Assembly: GCA_964016885.1 (NCBI GenBank)
Contig: OZ024742.1
Location: 351,540,001-351,604,000 of the forward strand
Direction: 5' to 3'
DNA: 64,000 nt
Source: Eledone cirrhosa
Lineage: Eukaryota
Numbering within the stretch: position 1 is the first letter of the stretch; each line of letters opens with the position of its first letter. The translations under genes were made by a program, and so were the position numbers. The notes under the pieces are model-generated. The model was not told the DNA's origin. It searched no databases and saw only the letters and a list, made by a program, of their open reading frames with translations. Below, piece by piece: positions 23,826 through 37,724 of this stretch.

Positions 23826-24701
23826 ACTTTCTTTAGTAACCACAAGGGTTTACATAAAGTAGACATTAAGGATAGGACATGACAATACAGGACGGTAAAA
23901 ATGGGCATTTCTGCGTGTAAAAAACAAAAACAGAGGATGTAATAAAAAAAACAATGAAAAATACCCTAATAGTGGGGAGACTTCGGTCGGACATTTGTGG
24001 AGAAAGCCCAATAAAAGGCCACAGTGACCCTGACCACAAGGGCAAGTGCCCTCTCCCAGTTTTCCACCTTTAATTCACAGACACATACTCAGATTAGGCC
24101 CATTCACTCGGGCCATTCTTGCTTCTCTCACCCATCTTTCAACAACATGCTGGGAAGAGAGCACTTCCTTCTGTACCCTGATTTTCCTTTTCAAATGAAA
24201 TTTGAAAAAGTTAATCAGGGCATCACCGAAGAGGTAAATGATCGTCTTCAGCCCTTTCAAACGTTTCCACCATACTATCTCATTCGCCATGGCCACCAGA
24301 CAGATAAAAACTGCCTGCCCTTCCCGGCTAAAGGAGGAGGGCGGGGCAATCCTCACGATAGACTCAGATGATAGCTGGATCCGTCCTAAACGCGACAGCA
24401 GGTGTTCGACATAAACCCACAAGTCAGCAATTTTCGGACACTGGACGAGTGCGTGCAGGACGGTTTCGTCGCCATGCGCGCATCTCGGACATGCCCGGCT
24501 GACGGCACCTCCATGCCTGTAGAGTTTATCCCGAACTGGCAAGGCTCCTCGGTAGCACTGCCAGGCCAGGGATTTCTAGAAGTTGTCCATAGGCCCCGGC
24601 CCGAAAGTCCTTCCGAAGAGATTGGCTAGTTGATTTTCGTCGAGGCCTAGAGTTTCCCCAAGTACGTCGTCGCTCTTCCCCTCCACTAATCCTCTATAGA
24701 A
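23826..24701 (-). mobile_element. 5'-truncated Tx1-like copy, same subfamily as 12044-18071
   Basis: Closely matches 12044-12938; the ORF at 24075-24542 corresponds to the ORF2 C-terminus. Confidence 0.92.
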
Positions 24702-25683
24702 CTCTTTATTGGCCACAAGGGCTGACATCAAGTAAAACATTACTGTCGGCACAGGACGGTACGATGTGGGTTTTGTGCGTGTAAATATTTTTATTATTTA
24801 TACAAGAAAAAGAAAAAAAAAGGACATAGAAACATATATATATATATATATAGAATAAAAATGAAAATTGAAACAATGAAAAATTCCCCAATAGGGGGGA
24901 AAACTCCGAGGGTTACTCGTGGCGAAAACCAGGGCAAGCACCCTCTCTCAATGTTTCCATCTCTCAAACTACAGACGTATATTCAGAGTGGTGCCGTTCA
25001 CTCGGACCATTCTCGCTACATTCACCCACCTTTCAACAAACTTGCTACAAAAAAACACTTGCCTCTCCACCCTGATTTTCCTCTTCAAGTGAAACTTGAA
25101 AAAGTTGATTAGGGATTCGCCGAAGAGGAAAGTGTCTGTCTTTAACCCTTTTAACCTTGTCAACCACACAATCTCTTTCGCCATGGCCACCAGGCAGATG
25201 AAAACAGCCTGCCCTTCCTCCTCGAAAGAAGACGGCGAGATCATCTTCACAATGGACTCAGTCGACAACCGGATCAGTCCCACACGCGACAGCAACTGTT
25301 CGACATAGCTCCACAAGTCAGCAATGTTCGGGCACTGAACGAGTGCGTGCACGACGGCTTCGTCGCTCTACGCGCATCTCGGACAGGCTCGGCTGACGGC
25401 ACTTCCGTGCCTGTAGCGCTTATCTCGAACCGGCAGCTCTCCCCGGTAGCACTGCCAGGCCAGGGATCTTTGGAAGCTATCCAGGGGCCCCGGGCTGAAA
25501 GTTCTCCGGAAGAGAGCAAACAGCTGATCTTCTTCGACGCCCAGGATCTCTCCGAGAATGTCGTCTTCTTCCTCTCCACTAGTCCTCTATAGAACGCCGA
25601 GGTGGATGTTCCACCGATACTGGTGCACAGCTCGGAGAGGGCTATCCCTCGCTCTTTTTCTGACCCGGGACTGCAGCTCCGTT
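24702..25683 (-). mobile_element. 5'-truncated Tx1-like copy, second subfamily
   Basis: HALVQCPNIADLW...FFKFHLKRKIRVE; tail ccttgtggccAATAAAga. Confidence 0.9.
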
Positions 25684-25685
25684 AA

Positions 25686-25877
25686 ATAATTGTTTCTACT
25701 TTTGGCACAAGGCCAGCAATTACTCAGTGCATTACTGGTACTTTATTTTATCTACTCCGTAAGGATGAAAGGCAAAGTTAACCTAGGATGGATTTGAACT
25801 CAGAATGGCAAGGGCCGTAACTCTATGCGTCAAAACATGGCGTCCGACCCTCTACCGATACTGCCAATCCACCGCCA
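25686..25877 (-). mobile_element. tRNA-derived SINE (Meta-domain-like family)
   Basis: Homologous to 8040-8222; adjoins a TAA-rich tract. Confidence 0.85.
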
Positions 25878-25896
25878 TTAATAATACTAATAATAA

Positions 25897-26662
25897 TGAT
25901 TTCATTTATTAATCACAAGGGCCGACATGTAGGGGACAATACAAAGACAGGGACAGTGGGGGATTACAATAAGGTTGAGTAAAAGTGCACAATGGCAAGA
26001 CTAATTTAAAAAATGAAGATGTAAGAATATAAAATAAACTATGCATAAATATAACAAAATTACAAAATAAATTCCCCGATATGGGGTGGACGACCCTGGG
26101 GTGACTCTGGTACCGCACCAATCCTGAACCACCCTTCGCTTCTAGGGCACACAGGGAGAGCACCCCTCTACTCAAGTTAGCTAGCCTATAGGCGCATGGT
26201 CAGTGTAGGCCCGTTCACACGAGCCATTCTCGCCACAATCATCCACCTTCTAGCAAATGTACAGGGGGGCAGCACTTCTCTCTCCACCCTCACCTTCCTG
26301 TCCATGTGAAACTTGAAGAAGTTGATGAGGGATTGGCCGAAGAGAAAAGTGTTTTCTTATACTTTTAACCTGGTCCACCATATAACCTCCTTCGTAACTG
26401 CCACCAGATAGAGGAACATTTCCTGCTCTTCCTGACCTAAGGAAGGCGGCGTGTCGATCTTCAATATGGACTCGACCGATAGCCGGATTCGTTCCACACG
26501 CGACAGTAGCTGTTCGACATAACACCACAAGTCAGTAATGCACGGACATTGGACAAGTGCGTGCAAAACGCTTTCGTCGCTCTGTGCGCATCTTGGGCAG
26601 GTCCGTCTGACAGCACTTCCGTGTCTGCAGAGTTTAACCCGAACCGGCAGTGCCCCCGGTAG
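25897..26662 (-). mobile_element. 5'-truncated Tx1-like copy, third subfamily
   Basis: GALPVRVKL..CPRCAQSDESVLHALVQC; tail ggcccttgtgattAATAAAtgaaatca(TTA)n. Confidence 0.88.
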
Positions 26663-27344
26663 CATTGATAAGGAGAAGGCTAGCTCACTGTGTAGGATAT
26701 GTGGAGAGAGAGAGTGTGGGAGGGGGAGAGAGAGAGGAGACTGTAGCACACATCGTATTTGAGTGTAAAGATTCGAGTGCCCAGACACAATATAAAGGCT
26801 GGGGACATGATATAATAGGAAAGGTGATTAACTGGCATTTATGCAAACTAAGCAATTTACCACATATTGAGAAGTGGTATGAGCATAGACCAGAGTCGGT
26901 GATAGAAAACGATCAAGTGAAGGTGCTATGGGATTCCAGGATACAGAAATTAGAACAATGACTTGAAGGTTTTTGACAAGGAAAAAAGAGAGAGCATGAT
27001 TGTAATGTAGCCTGCTCCTTTAATACGAGAGTGCAAGAAAAGCATAAGGAGAAAATTAACCCGTACCAGGATTTAAAGTAGGAGTTTACAAATATTTGGG
27101 ACTGTCTTGAGATCAACATCGTCCCGATTGTAATAGGAGCACTACGTACTATCTCAAAGAGTTTTCACGGATGGTTAGGGATCATTAGTCCATCCCCCTT
27201 TTTGGGAACACCTCAAAAGACATGCTTGCTGGAAACAGCAAGAACCCTCTGATACGTCCGGAATATCTGAGACTGCAGGTAGCGGCTTGATTTTCATTTG
27301 AACAAACTTTCTTGTTAAATTATATTAATGACTTAGACCCAAAG
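26663..27344 (+). mobile_element. 3' fragment of Dong family 1 (more diverged)
   Basis: CRICGER..ETVAHIVFEC..KWYEHRPESVIENDQVKVLWD; matches ~11352-12010. Confidence 0.88.
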
Positions 27345-27349
27345 AATAA

Positions 27350-27430
27350 TTATGGTTTCTTTATCGGCCACACGGGTTAACATGAAGAAAAACATTACAG
27401 AGGGCACAGAACGGTACAGGGCGATACAAA
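27350..27430 (-). mobile_element. Short Tx1-like 3' tail
   Basis: ggtttctttatcggccacacggg...cacagaacggtaca resembles the tails at 12044, 23826 and 24702. Confidence 0.6.
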
Positions 27431-27459
27431 GTGGGTTATGGCCCTGTAAAAATGTTATA

Positions 27460-27580
27460 ACATAAGGATGAAAGCAAAGCTAACCAAGGCAGTATCTGAA
27501 CTGAGCGCGTAATGCTATGTAACTCTATACCGCAAAAATAGTGTCGGAAGCTCTAAAGAATACTGCCAACCTAACTCCCA
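27460..27580 (-). mobile_element. Partial SINE (Meta-domain-like family)
   Basis: taaggatgaaagcaaagctaacc...atactgccaac, followed by (TAA)n. Confidence 0.65.
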
Positions 27581-28142
27581 AACACTAATAATAATAATAA
27601 TGATAATGGTGAACCATCATTTACCCATGCTAATAAATATGCATCTGATTCTAAGGTTTTATATTTTATCTAAGTTGATTGATGCCGTATTATTTATTTT
27701 GAGATTCATGAAATATAGTTCGCTTTACTTAGAATAATAAATCCGAAATGAGAAAAGATAAATCACGATTAAATATGATCCGAATACGGGGCGCTTAAAC
27801 ACATAAAAGTGGATTTACGTAAACTGGAAACATTAAAAATGAATATGATCATGATATTATAAACCATTTCAAGTAAATTCCTAGCTCTCAGCCAATGGAC
27901 GTATATTCACATACATATCTATGGAAATATCGTTAAGAATGTCCACATTGAATATTTACAATGAGGAAACAAATACAGACTCGTACATATACACACTCAT
28001 AAACCCACACACATACACACATTGACTTTATACGTACACGTACACGCACATACACACATTGACTTTATACGTGCACGTACACGCAGATACACACATTGGA
28101 TTTCTATGTGCACGAACACACAGGTGTTTATATATATATATA

Positions 28143-30333
28143 TAGGAATGAGTAGAACCCCAACGGCTGAGCTCAAGCCGTTTCGACGGCTAATTCTGGA
28201 TTAAATGAAAATGTGTATCCTGGTACATGAATAGCCGAGCTTCTCAGGAGGTAATTCCATATATGGTAAAAATGATTGTCACAAGGATTGGTCAAAAGTT
28301 TGTTGTTGAGACACATAATTCTATCATGGTATTTTGTGGAAGGAAGGGGTGGCTGAACTTGCCAGTAGAATAAAGAGGGAGAGGGAGAGGAGGAAACCCA
28401 GTCGTGCGTTGAAAGTGCCAACTACAACAGAATACTAAGGATAAGAGATCAAGAGAAGTATACTAGGGAGGGGAGGGGGAAGTCGAAACAATAAGTAAAT
28501 CTATATGGAGTAAATATATAGAAGAAGAATAAGAATGTTAAAAATATAAAAAAAAACACAATTTCTGGTTACTATTCCCCTAGCACAATCATCAAGTCTC
28601 TCACTGGTACTGCTAAACTATAGAAAAGTTTAATAGGTGGGACGGAATACTAAATACGAGATTGTAGTGAAAATTATTTTATGAGTTAGTAGTAATCGTC
28701 CAAATCTATCTTACAGTGACAGGTCAACAATTAGGGGGCCAAAATACTAAAAAAACTAATACTAAATAATAATTCAGAATCCCGAAAATGAATACTAATA
28801 GGATATATAAGAATACAGCTACAATACATAAATTCTAATACAAACTACATAAATGCTCGTACGATATATATGAAAAATTTAATACGAAAAATTAAATCAG
28901 AATCACCCCCCCCCCCCCCGTTTAAAACATTACTGATATACGAGAAACTAAAGCAGAGATACCATTAAGAAATCTATAAATCACGGAAATGGGCAGCAAT
29001 CAGATGAGAAAGCAAGTATCTGTGGTCTATCACATCTGCTATGAAAATCGGAGTCGGCACATTTCTATCATAGAATAGGGGATGGAGTGGGGGTATGGTG
29101 GCTACAGAGGACCGAAGGGCTGCCTAGGGGTGGGCGAGAAAGTGAAAAGAACGACGACAAAGAAAGAGAACTGGGGTGGAAGGACTAGGAAGGGATGGGA
29201 GAAAGAAAGAAATATAGAGGAAACGATAAAAAATATATAAACAAATCTTACGTCTACCTTTGCAAGCAGGGGTTACCCATTACAAAGTCGGCAAGTGGGG
29301 TGTTACAGCCCTTCCACCCCGGTCCTCCTTCTTTGTCGTCGTTCTTTTCACTTTCCCGCCCACCCTGAGGCAGCCCTTCGGTCCTCTGTAGCCTCAATAC
29401 CCCCACTCCTTCCCCTATTCTATGATAGAATTGGCCGACTCCGCTTTTCATAGCAAATCTGATAGACCCCAGATACTTGCTTTCTTATCTGATTGCTGCC
29501 CCATTTTCGTGATTTATAGATTTCTTAGTGGTATCTCTGCTTTAGTTTCTCGTATATCAGTATATTATTTTTTTTTTGTTGGGAGGTGATTTTGAAATAA
29601 TTTTTCGTATTAAATTGTTCATATATATCGTACGGGCATTTATGTAGTTTGTATTAGAATTTATGTATTGTAACGGTACTCTTATATATCCTATTATTAT
29701 TCATTTTCGGGATTTTGAATTATTATTTCTTATTAGTTTGTTTTGTATTTTGGCCCTCTAATTGTTGACCTGTAAGATAGATTTGGATGATTACTACTAA
29801 CTCATGAAATTGTTTCAGTAAAATTTCGTATTTAGTATTCCGTCGCACCTATTAAACTTTTCTATGGTTTAGCAGTAACAGTGAGACACTTGATGATTGT
29901 GGTAGGGGAATAGTAACCAGAAATTGTTTTTTTTAAAAATATTTTTAACATTCTTATTATTATTCTATATATTTAATACCTATAGATTTACTTATTGTTT
30001 CGACTTCCAAAAGTATACTTCTCTTGACCTCTTATCCTTAGGATTCTGCTGTAGTTGGCACTTTCAACGAACGACTGGGTTTCCTCCACTCCCTCTCCCT
30101 CTTTATTCTACTGGCAAGTTCAGCTACCCCTTCCTTCCACAATATACCATGATAGAATTATGTGTCTCAACAACAAACTTTTGACCAATCCTTGTGACAA
30201 TCACTTTTACCAGATGTGGAATTACCCCCTGAGAAGCTCGGCTATTCATGTACCAGGATACAAATTTTCGTTTAGTCCAGAATTAACCGTCGAAAGGGCT
30301 TGAGCTCAGCCGCCGGGGTCCTACTCGTTCCTA
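28143..30333. mobile_element. ~2.2-kb non-coding fold-back element (arms ~1.04 kb) with terminal hammerhead-like motifs
   Basis: 28143-29185 is the reverse complement of ~29308-30333, with a ~125-bp spacer. Starts at (TA)n. Confidence 0.9.
28157..28252 (-). ncRNA. Hammerhead-like motif with atypical core CUGAGAA
   Basis: ACCTC-CTGAGAA-gctcggcta...tagccgtc-GAAACGGCT tgagctc AGCCGTT-GGGGT. The mirror copy at 30224-30319 is more decayed. Confidence 0.6.
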
Positions 30334-30407
30334 TTACCCACACTACTACCACAAGTATTGAGTACTTCGGTGCGTCATGGTCCATCTGATTCCTTACCAC
30401 GTTTCCT

Positions 30408-30444
<37 letters not shown>

Positions 30445-31849
30445 GGTATATATATATCCATGTACATTTGGAATTAGTGATAGACAGGTGAACAGAAAAT
30501 AGACTGTCTGAAGTGAAATGTAATATTAAAAAGATAATGAAGCATGTCTTACTGATCGGGAAAGAGAATACCAATTATAAATGAGCAAGAGAATCACAGG
30601 AGTAACATTTGAGAAATGTATGAAACATTCCAATCAAATTAAAATTTATGTTTATAAATATCTGAAATCTGTAACAGGTTTAAAGTAATCCTAAACATTA
30701 AATAGGCCTCATTGGAAGATAGCCAACCGAATATATTATATTGCCCCAGTTGTGTGATAATCTGGTTTTGAAATATGCCTGTTATAATACACTAATCCGG
30801 GGTAGTATACTGGTTACATCACATGTATATTGTTATTGGGAAGATGTAGTTATATAGCAGAATGGTGAAGTAAATGATATACAACCGAACACTAGATGGG
30901 AAGACTGTAATGTTAATTTCAAATATATATAATCATTTTTATATCTAACTGTGCACGACATTTTGTGTCAAATAAAAAAGATATTTGAAATAACGCCAGT
31001 TATTTCGACATAAACTGAAACACTTCAGATTGGTTTATGCATACACGTTTATGAGCCAAGAACATAAAGCTATGAACGAAATGTACTAGCCATACACACA
31101 CACCCTCCCACACACACAAACACACACACACACACATGCACACATACACACACACACATACACACACACCCACACACACACGCACACACACATGCACACA
31201 CATCCCACTCATATACATTTTTGACTGGAACAAGTGATATCAAATAGAATACAATTTGTACAAAATGCAGCAAACTTACGGAAGCAAATTTCCCGAGAGG
31301 TTTCCGTATCGAAGGTTTTACCGATGATATCAAAGGCACAATGTACAAGAATACGTTTCACGGTCGACAGTACACTATTTATGTTCTCAATTTTCACTCA
31401 GTTCATAGACAAAGGTGTCATTCAACCCACATATAGACACATGCACATATACATAAATGTGACTAAAAACTTCCACAAATAAATATTTAAAATGAGAAAA
31501 GAAATAGAGAGCCATTCATATATGCATATACATACTCGGAAACGCACACACATACACAAGGATACGATACAAGTATGTATACATATTCGTGTTTCATTTA
31601 CATACATGGATGGGTATTTGTATTTAGTGATAGATATGCAAGTAAATAGGCTGTGTGAAGTGAAATGAAATAAGTTAAAAAGAGAATGGAAGCATGCCCT
31701 ATTGACCAACAAAAACAATACCTATTATAAATGAGCAACAGAAAGACTGGAATACCTTTGATTTATTTTAGATTATCGGATTTTCCGTTTCAGATTCTTT
31801 TCCCGATACATTTACTTATAATACGGAAACTATGGTTGCAGGCAATTGA

Positions 31850-31891
<42 letters not shown>

Positions 31892-31908
31892 GTATGGATG
31901 TTTATATA

Positions 31909-32031
<123 letters not shown>

Positions 32032-32033
32032 AT

Positions 32034-32142
<109 letters not shown>

Positions 32143-32153
32143 ATTTATATATC

Positions 32154-32184
<31 letters not shown>

Positions 32185-32427
32185 ATATATATATATTTAG
32201 AAACACACAGATACATGCGGTCACACACATATACATGAATGCATCCGCACCCAACCGTGAGTTAAGGGTGCCAACTTCACCGATGTTGCTCAATGAATGA
32301 CTGGGACAGACCAATCCGGTTGAACCAGACTGAACCAGTATCAGAGTTAAAAATACATTATGAAGAGAGAAGAAACATTTAGATATAATTAGTAATAAAT
32401 TGTATCATACCTAAACTGCTTCTAGAT

Positions 32428-32517
32428 TCCTCGACTACGTAGTTTCGTGACATAAACAAAAACAATACATCATACAGCTATAGAGTCCTTGCGAGGTCTG
32501 CCGACTTATCAAGAGGA
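32428..32517 (-). ncRNA. Type I hammerhead, U3:A8 variant
   Basis: TCCTC-TTGATAA-gtcggca...tgtcac-GAAAC tacgta GTC-GAGGA. Confidence 0.75.
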
Positions 32518-33014
32518 TACCTCATTTTACTAGTCTCAAGTACGCGTCTACACGACGTGAGAAAGAATCCCAAAAGGCGGAGGGGGAGATAGTCACGCGA
32601 TATAACGGTCGAGAAACAGAGCTAAGCCTCTTATAACCCCGAAGAAAATACCACGGAGGCGGAGGGGGTATTATATCGAAGCCGTAGAAGAGGTGGTGAA
32701 GGAGGATAGAAGTATGAGTAATGGAAGCTTTTCAGCAGTCCCCACACTTCAAAGGTTGCTCGACCAGAGGGAGTTATTAACAATATATTTAGAAACACAC
32801 AGATACATGCGGACACACACATATACATGAATGCATCTGCACCCAACCGTGAGTTAAGGGTGCCAACTTCACCGATGTTGCTCAATGAATGACTGGGACA
32901 GACCAATCCGGTTGAACCAGACTGATCAGTATCAGAGTTAAAAATACATTATGAAGAGAGAAGAAACATTTAGATGTCGTGTAGACGCGTTCTTGAGACT
33001 AGTAAAATGAGGTA

Positions 33015-33104
33015 TCCTCTTGATAAGTCGGCAGACCTCGCAAGGACTCTATATCTTTATGATGTATTGTTTTTGTTTATGCCACGAAACTACGTAGTCG
33101 AGGA
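33015..33104 (+). ncRNA. Type I hammerhead, U3:A8 variant
   Basis: TCCTC-TTGATAA-gtcggca...tgccac-GAAAC tacgta GTC-GAGGA; palindromic stem III ACTACGTAGT. Confidence 0.8.
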
Positions 33105-33171
33105 ATCTAGGAGCAGTTTGGGTATGATACATTTTATTACTAATTATATCTAAATGTTTCTTCTCTTTTCA

Positions 33172-34211
<1,040 letters not shown>

Positions 34212-34216
<5 letters not shown>

Positions 34217-34970
34217 AGGATGAATATAAAATGAAAGTGCTTTTGTTAAAAAAGGAATTTATTAGGTATTGACATATGTTTCTGTAACAGACCGAATACC
34301 TATGTATCGCTGCTTGCGTAATCATATAATGTTAGCAAGTATTCGAAAGCAAATGTATAATCAGTTGTCACTTCTTCAGAGATTTTGGATAAACTGGATA
34401 AAATCAGAAAAATTGAAGTATTTATATTAGTAAAAGAGGAAGGAACAGAGGGGATAGAATATGACAGATGGTAAAATAATTTACTGCTAAACAAGTATAT
34501 AATGGGTTTTTAATGAGAATACCATGAGTAAATCTAAATAAGAATTTTGGGAGTGCCAATTTTAATCTCTACTTGACCAACTGGACAGTGGACAGGGCTG
34601 GTCATTTGGTGCAGTAGTATTAATTATAAAGTGTCAATTGGGGAAGGTGGAGATTTCGATTGCTACTAAATAACATCAAAGCTAGTAGCCAGCTGGTATA
34701 TGCACTAGGGAATTGAATCAAGAAATCAGAAATCTCATTTGTTCTATAGCAGTTTGTATTAAAAGGTAAATAATAGAAGAGTTGATAGAATTAAGACTAA
34801 TAAAGAATGTTCATATCTATTTTGACAATCAAACGGGGATAGAGACAGGCGTTCAATCCTGGTAGTATTTATAATATGAAAATGTAGATTTTAGGCGATG
34901 GTTACAGTATAACGATCGCTCTATTCTGTTATTTAACAAAAGCACTTTCATTTTATATTCATCCTTTCTA
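34212..34970 (-). mobile_element. Non-coding element with ~39-bp terminal inverted repeat and hammerhead-like motif
   Basis: tagaaaggatgaatataaaatgaaagtgcttttgttaaa (34212-34250) is inverted at 34932-34970. Confidence 0.75.
34266..34385 (-). ncRNA. Hammerhead core with ~90-nt stem II region; stem I poorly paired
   Basis: CTGAAGA-agtgaca...tgttaca-GAAAC atat GTC; palindrome ACATATGT. Confidence 0.55.
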
Positions 34971-35071
34971 CATTTCTCCGGAATATAATTTATACTCGTT
35001 GAGCAAACCTGCACGTACGCTGTTCATCTCTAACGTAACGATATATTATCACTACATTATTGATAACCTGA

Positions 35072-35132
<61 letters not shown>

Positions 35133-35163
35133 TTATATATATATATATATATACATCATTTAT

Positions 35164-35199
<36 letters not shown>

Positions 35200-35227
35200 C
35201 ATAATTCATATATATATATATATATAA

Positions 35228-36013
35228 GCAAGAAAGTTACTCGTAAATCGAGGACATTACCAGTACATAGGCAAGCGTATAGAGAGTACAAATGCGTTAG
35301 GACAGCTAGGTAGGAAATAAGCATTGGTACTAGGCATATATAATTAGTGTATGGTAAAGGTATCACATATAATAACTCAGGTTTACTCCAGAACAACTCG
35401 AAACCTGGATAACAGTATAATATGACCAATATACGATCCATAGCTGCAACTAATTATAAACATTCACTTAAATAAAATATAACCAATGTAATGGAAAAGA
35501 ACCCAATAGTACTAATACTCTCAACACATGCACATTTGAACATTACAGAAACAATTATCACACTATATCCATCATCAACTCATAATTTTAATACACAAAC
35601 ACCATTGTCTGCTTGATTTGCTTGTAAACCTATGTTATTTTATGTGAAACCTTTACCATACACTAATTATATATGCCTAGTACCATTGCTTGTTTCCTAC
35701 ATAGCTGTCCTGTATATGCCTAACGCATTTGCACTCTCTATACGCTTGCATATGTACTGCTAATGTCATCGTTTTACGAGTAACATCCTACCTTAATGCC
35801 TCTTTAATTATTATATAATTCTCTTGTAATCTCTGTAATATCCATTCCACTCTGTAAATATGAAACTGTTGATGACAACATTAATATCCATGTATCTATA
35901 TGATGGTTCAGTTGAATCGGAAGTTAATTATATGTCCAAACTTTGCTAGTGCTCAGATTATTCCAAACGAACGTTTGGAAAAAACGATTGTTAGCAATAA
36001 AATGATTTTGAAC
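35228..36013 (+). mobile_element. PLE-derived element with inverted 5' segment and decayed hammerhead (35950-35996)
   Basis: 35228-35362 is inverted at ~35649-35790. Homologous to 780-1228. Stem II ttccaaac/gtttggaa is perfect. Confidence 0.7.
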
Positions 36014-36171
36014 ATTGTGTAATTTACACTCCTGCTCTGTAAAACATCTGATGTATTTCATTGAGCTATTTTTCTTACTAGTAATAAGGTAGTAAGGAAT
36101 AAGTGACCTTTCCTGTTTAAAGTTGTATATATTGTATATAAAATTATAAATAATATTATGCTTGTTATAAG

Positions 36172-36202
<31 letters not shown>

Positions 36203-36207
36203 ATATA

Positions 36208-36326
<119 letters not shown>

Positions 36327-36347
36327 ATATATATATATATATGTATG

Positions 36348-36455
<108 letters not shown>

Positions 36456-36473
36456 TATGTATATATATGTATG

Positions 36474-36578
<105 letters not shown>

Positions 36579-36625
36579 GTATGTATATATATCTATGTAT
36601 ATATATATATATATATATGTATATG

Positions 36626-36702
<77 letters not shown>

Positions 36703-36942
36703 CCTGATTATTTATTAGAAGCCTATAAGAACCAAACATCCATGATTTCAGCAAACAGGAGGAGTAGTTGGCTTTGATAAGCATCAATAAATGTGAAACA
36801 GGATCCTGTCAGCTTTATCTCCCCTGTTTTGTGAAAATAAAAGTAAATGAATCTGTCACTAGTCTAAAAAAATAGCATAAGTTCTTTGAAATGCTTTTAA
36901 TTAAGCATACAGTGTATTGCAAAATACACTATATATACATTC

Positions 36943-37032
<90 letters not shown>

Positions 37033-37679
37033 TTGACATAACTATTATCATCTTATATTCTCTCAACTAATCACACTTGATCATATTTCTCTATCCCGTT
37101 TTCTCCCCCCATAATTATTATATTTTTATTATTATTTGAAAAAATCGTTTTTTCTAAATTGTGATTTCCCCTCCAAATATTCGCTTATATTTCTTTATAT
37201 ATACTCTATATATTTGTTTTATCTTTATTATTTCCACTTTTATCCTCCTTTATATTTTACCTTATTCTTACGTTTATACCTTATTATAGTGTACTCTTCC
37301 CCATGCCTTATTATACACTATTAATTATAGATTATTATTATTACTCTTTTTCCATTTCTAATTACCTCATGTACTTTCTCCTCCGCTATATATATATATA
37401 TATTCTACGCCCTTTGTGTTTGTGTAGCCTCTGCGCACCCTCTGCACCATACTATCGACGCCACCCCATCCGACTCCCGGGAATGAATATGACCGCAGCT
37501 AGTAAACAAGGACCCACACCCCACCCTCCCGCACCAAAATTAGACTTATCGTCCCCTACTTTTGCTCTTTACTCTCTTTACTCTTTGTAAAGTTTGAAAC
37601 TGAGCACGCAACCCACACACAAACAAAATGGCGTAGGATAGAAGAAAGGAAAGGCACAGAAACGAAGAAAGAAATCCCC

Positions 37680-37724
37680 AGTCACTGAAGAGGTCACAGA
37701 GTGTGTGACGAAAGAACTATGACT
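37680..37724 (+). ncRNA. Minimal type I hammerhead
   Basis: AGTCA-CTGAAGA-g GTCACA gagtg TGTGAC-GAAAG aa CTA-TGACT. Confidence 0.7.
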
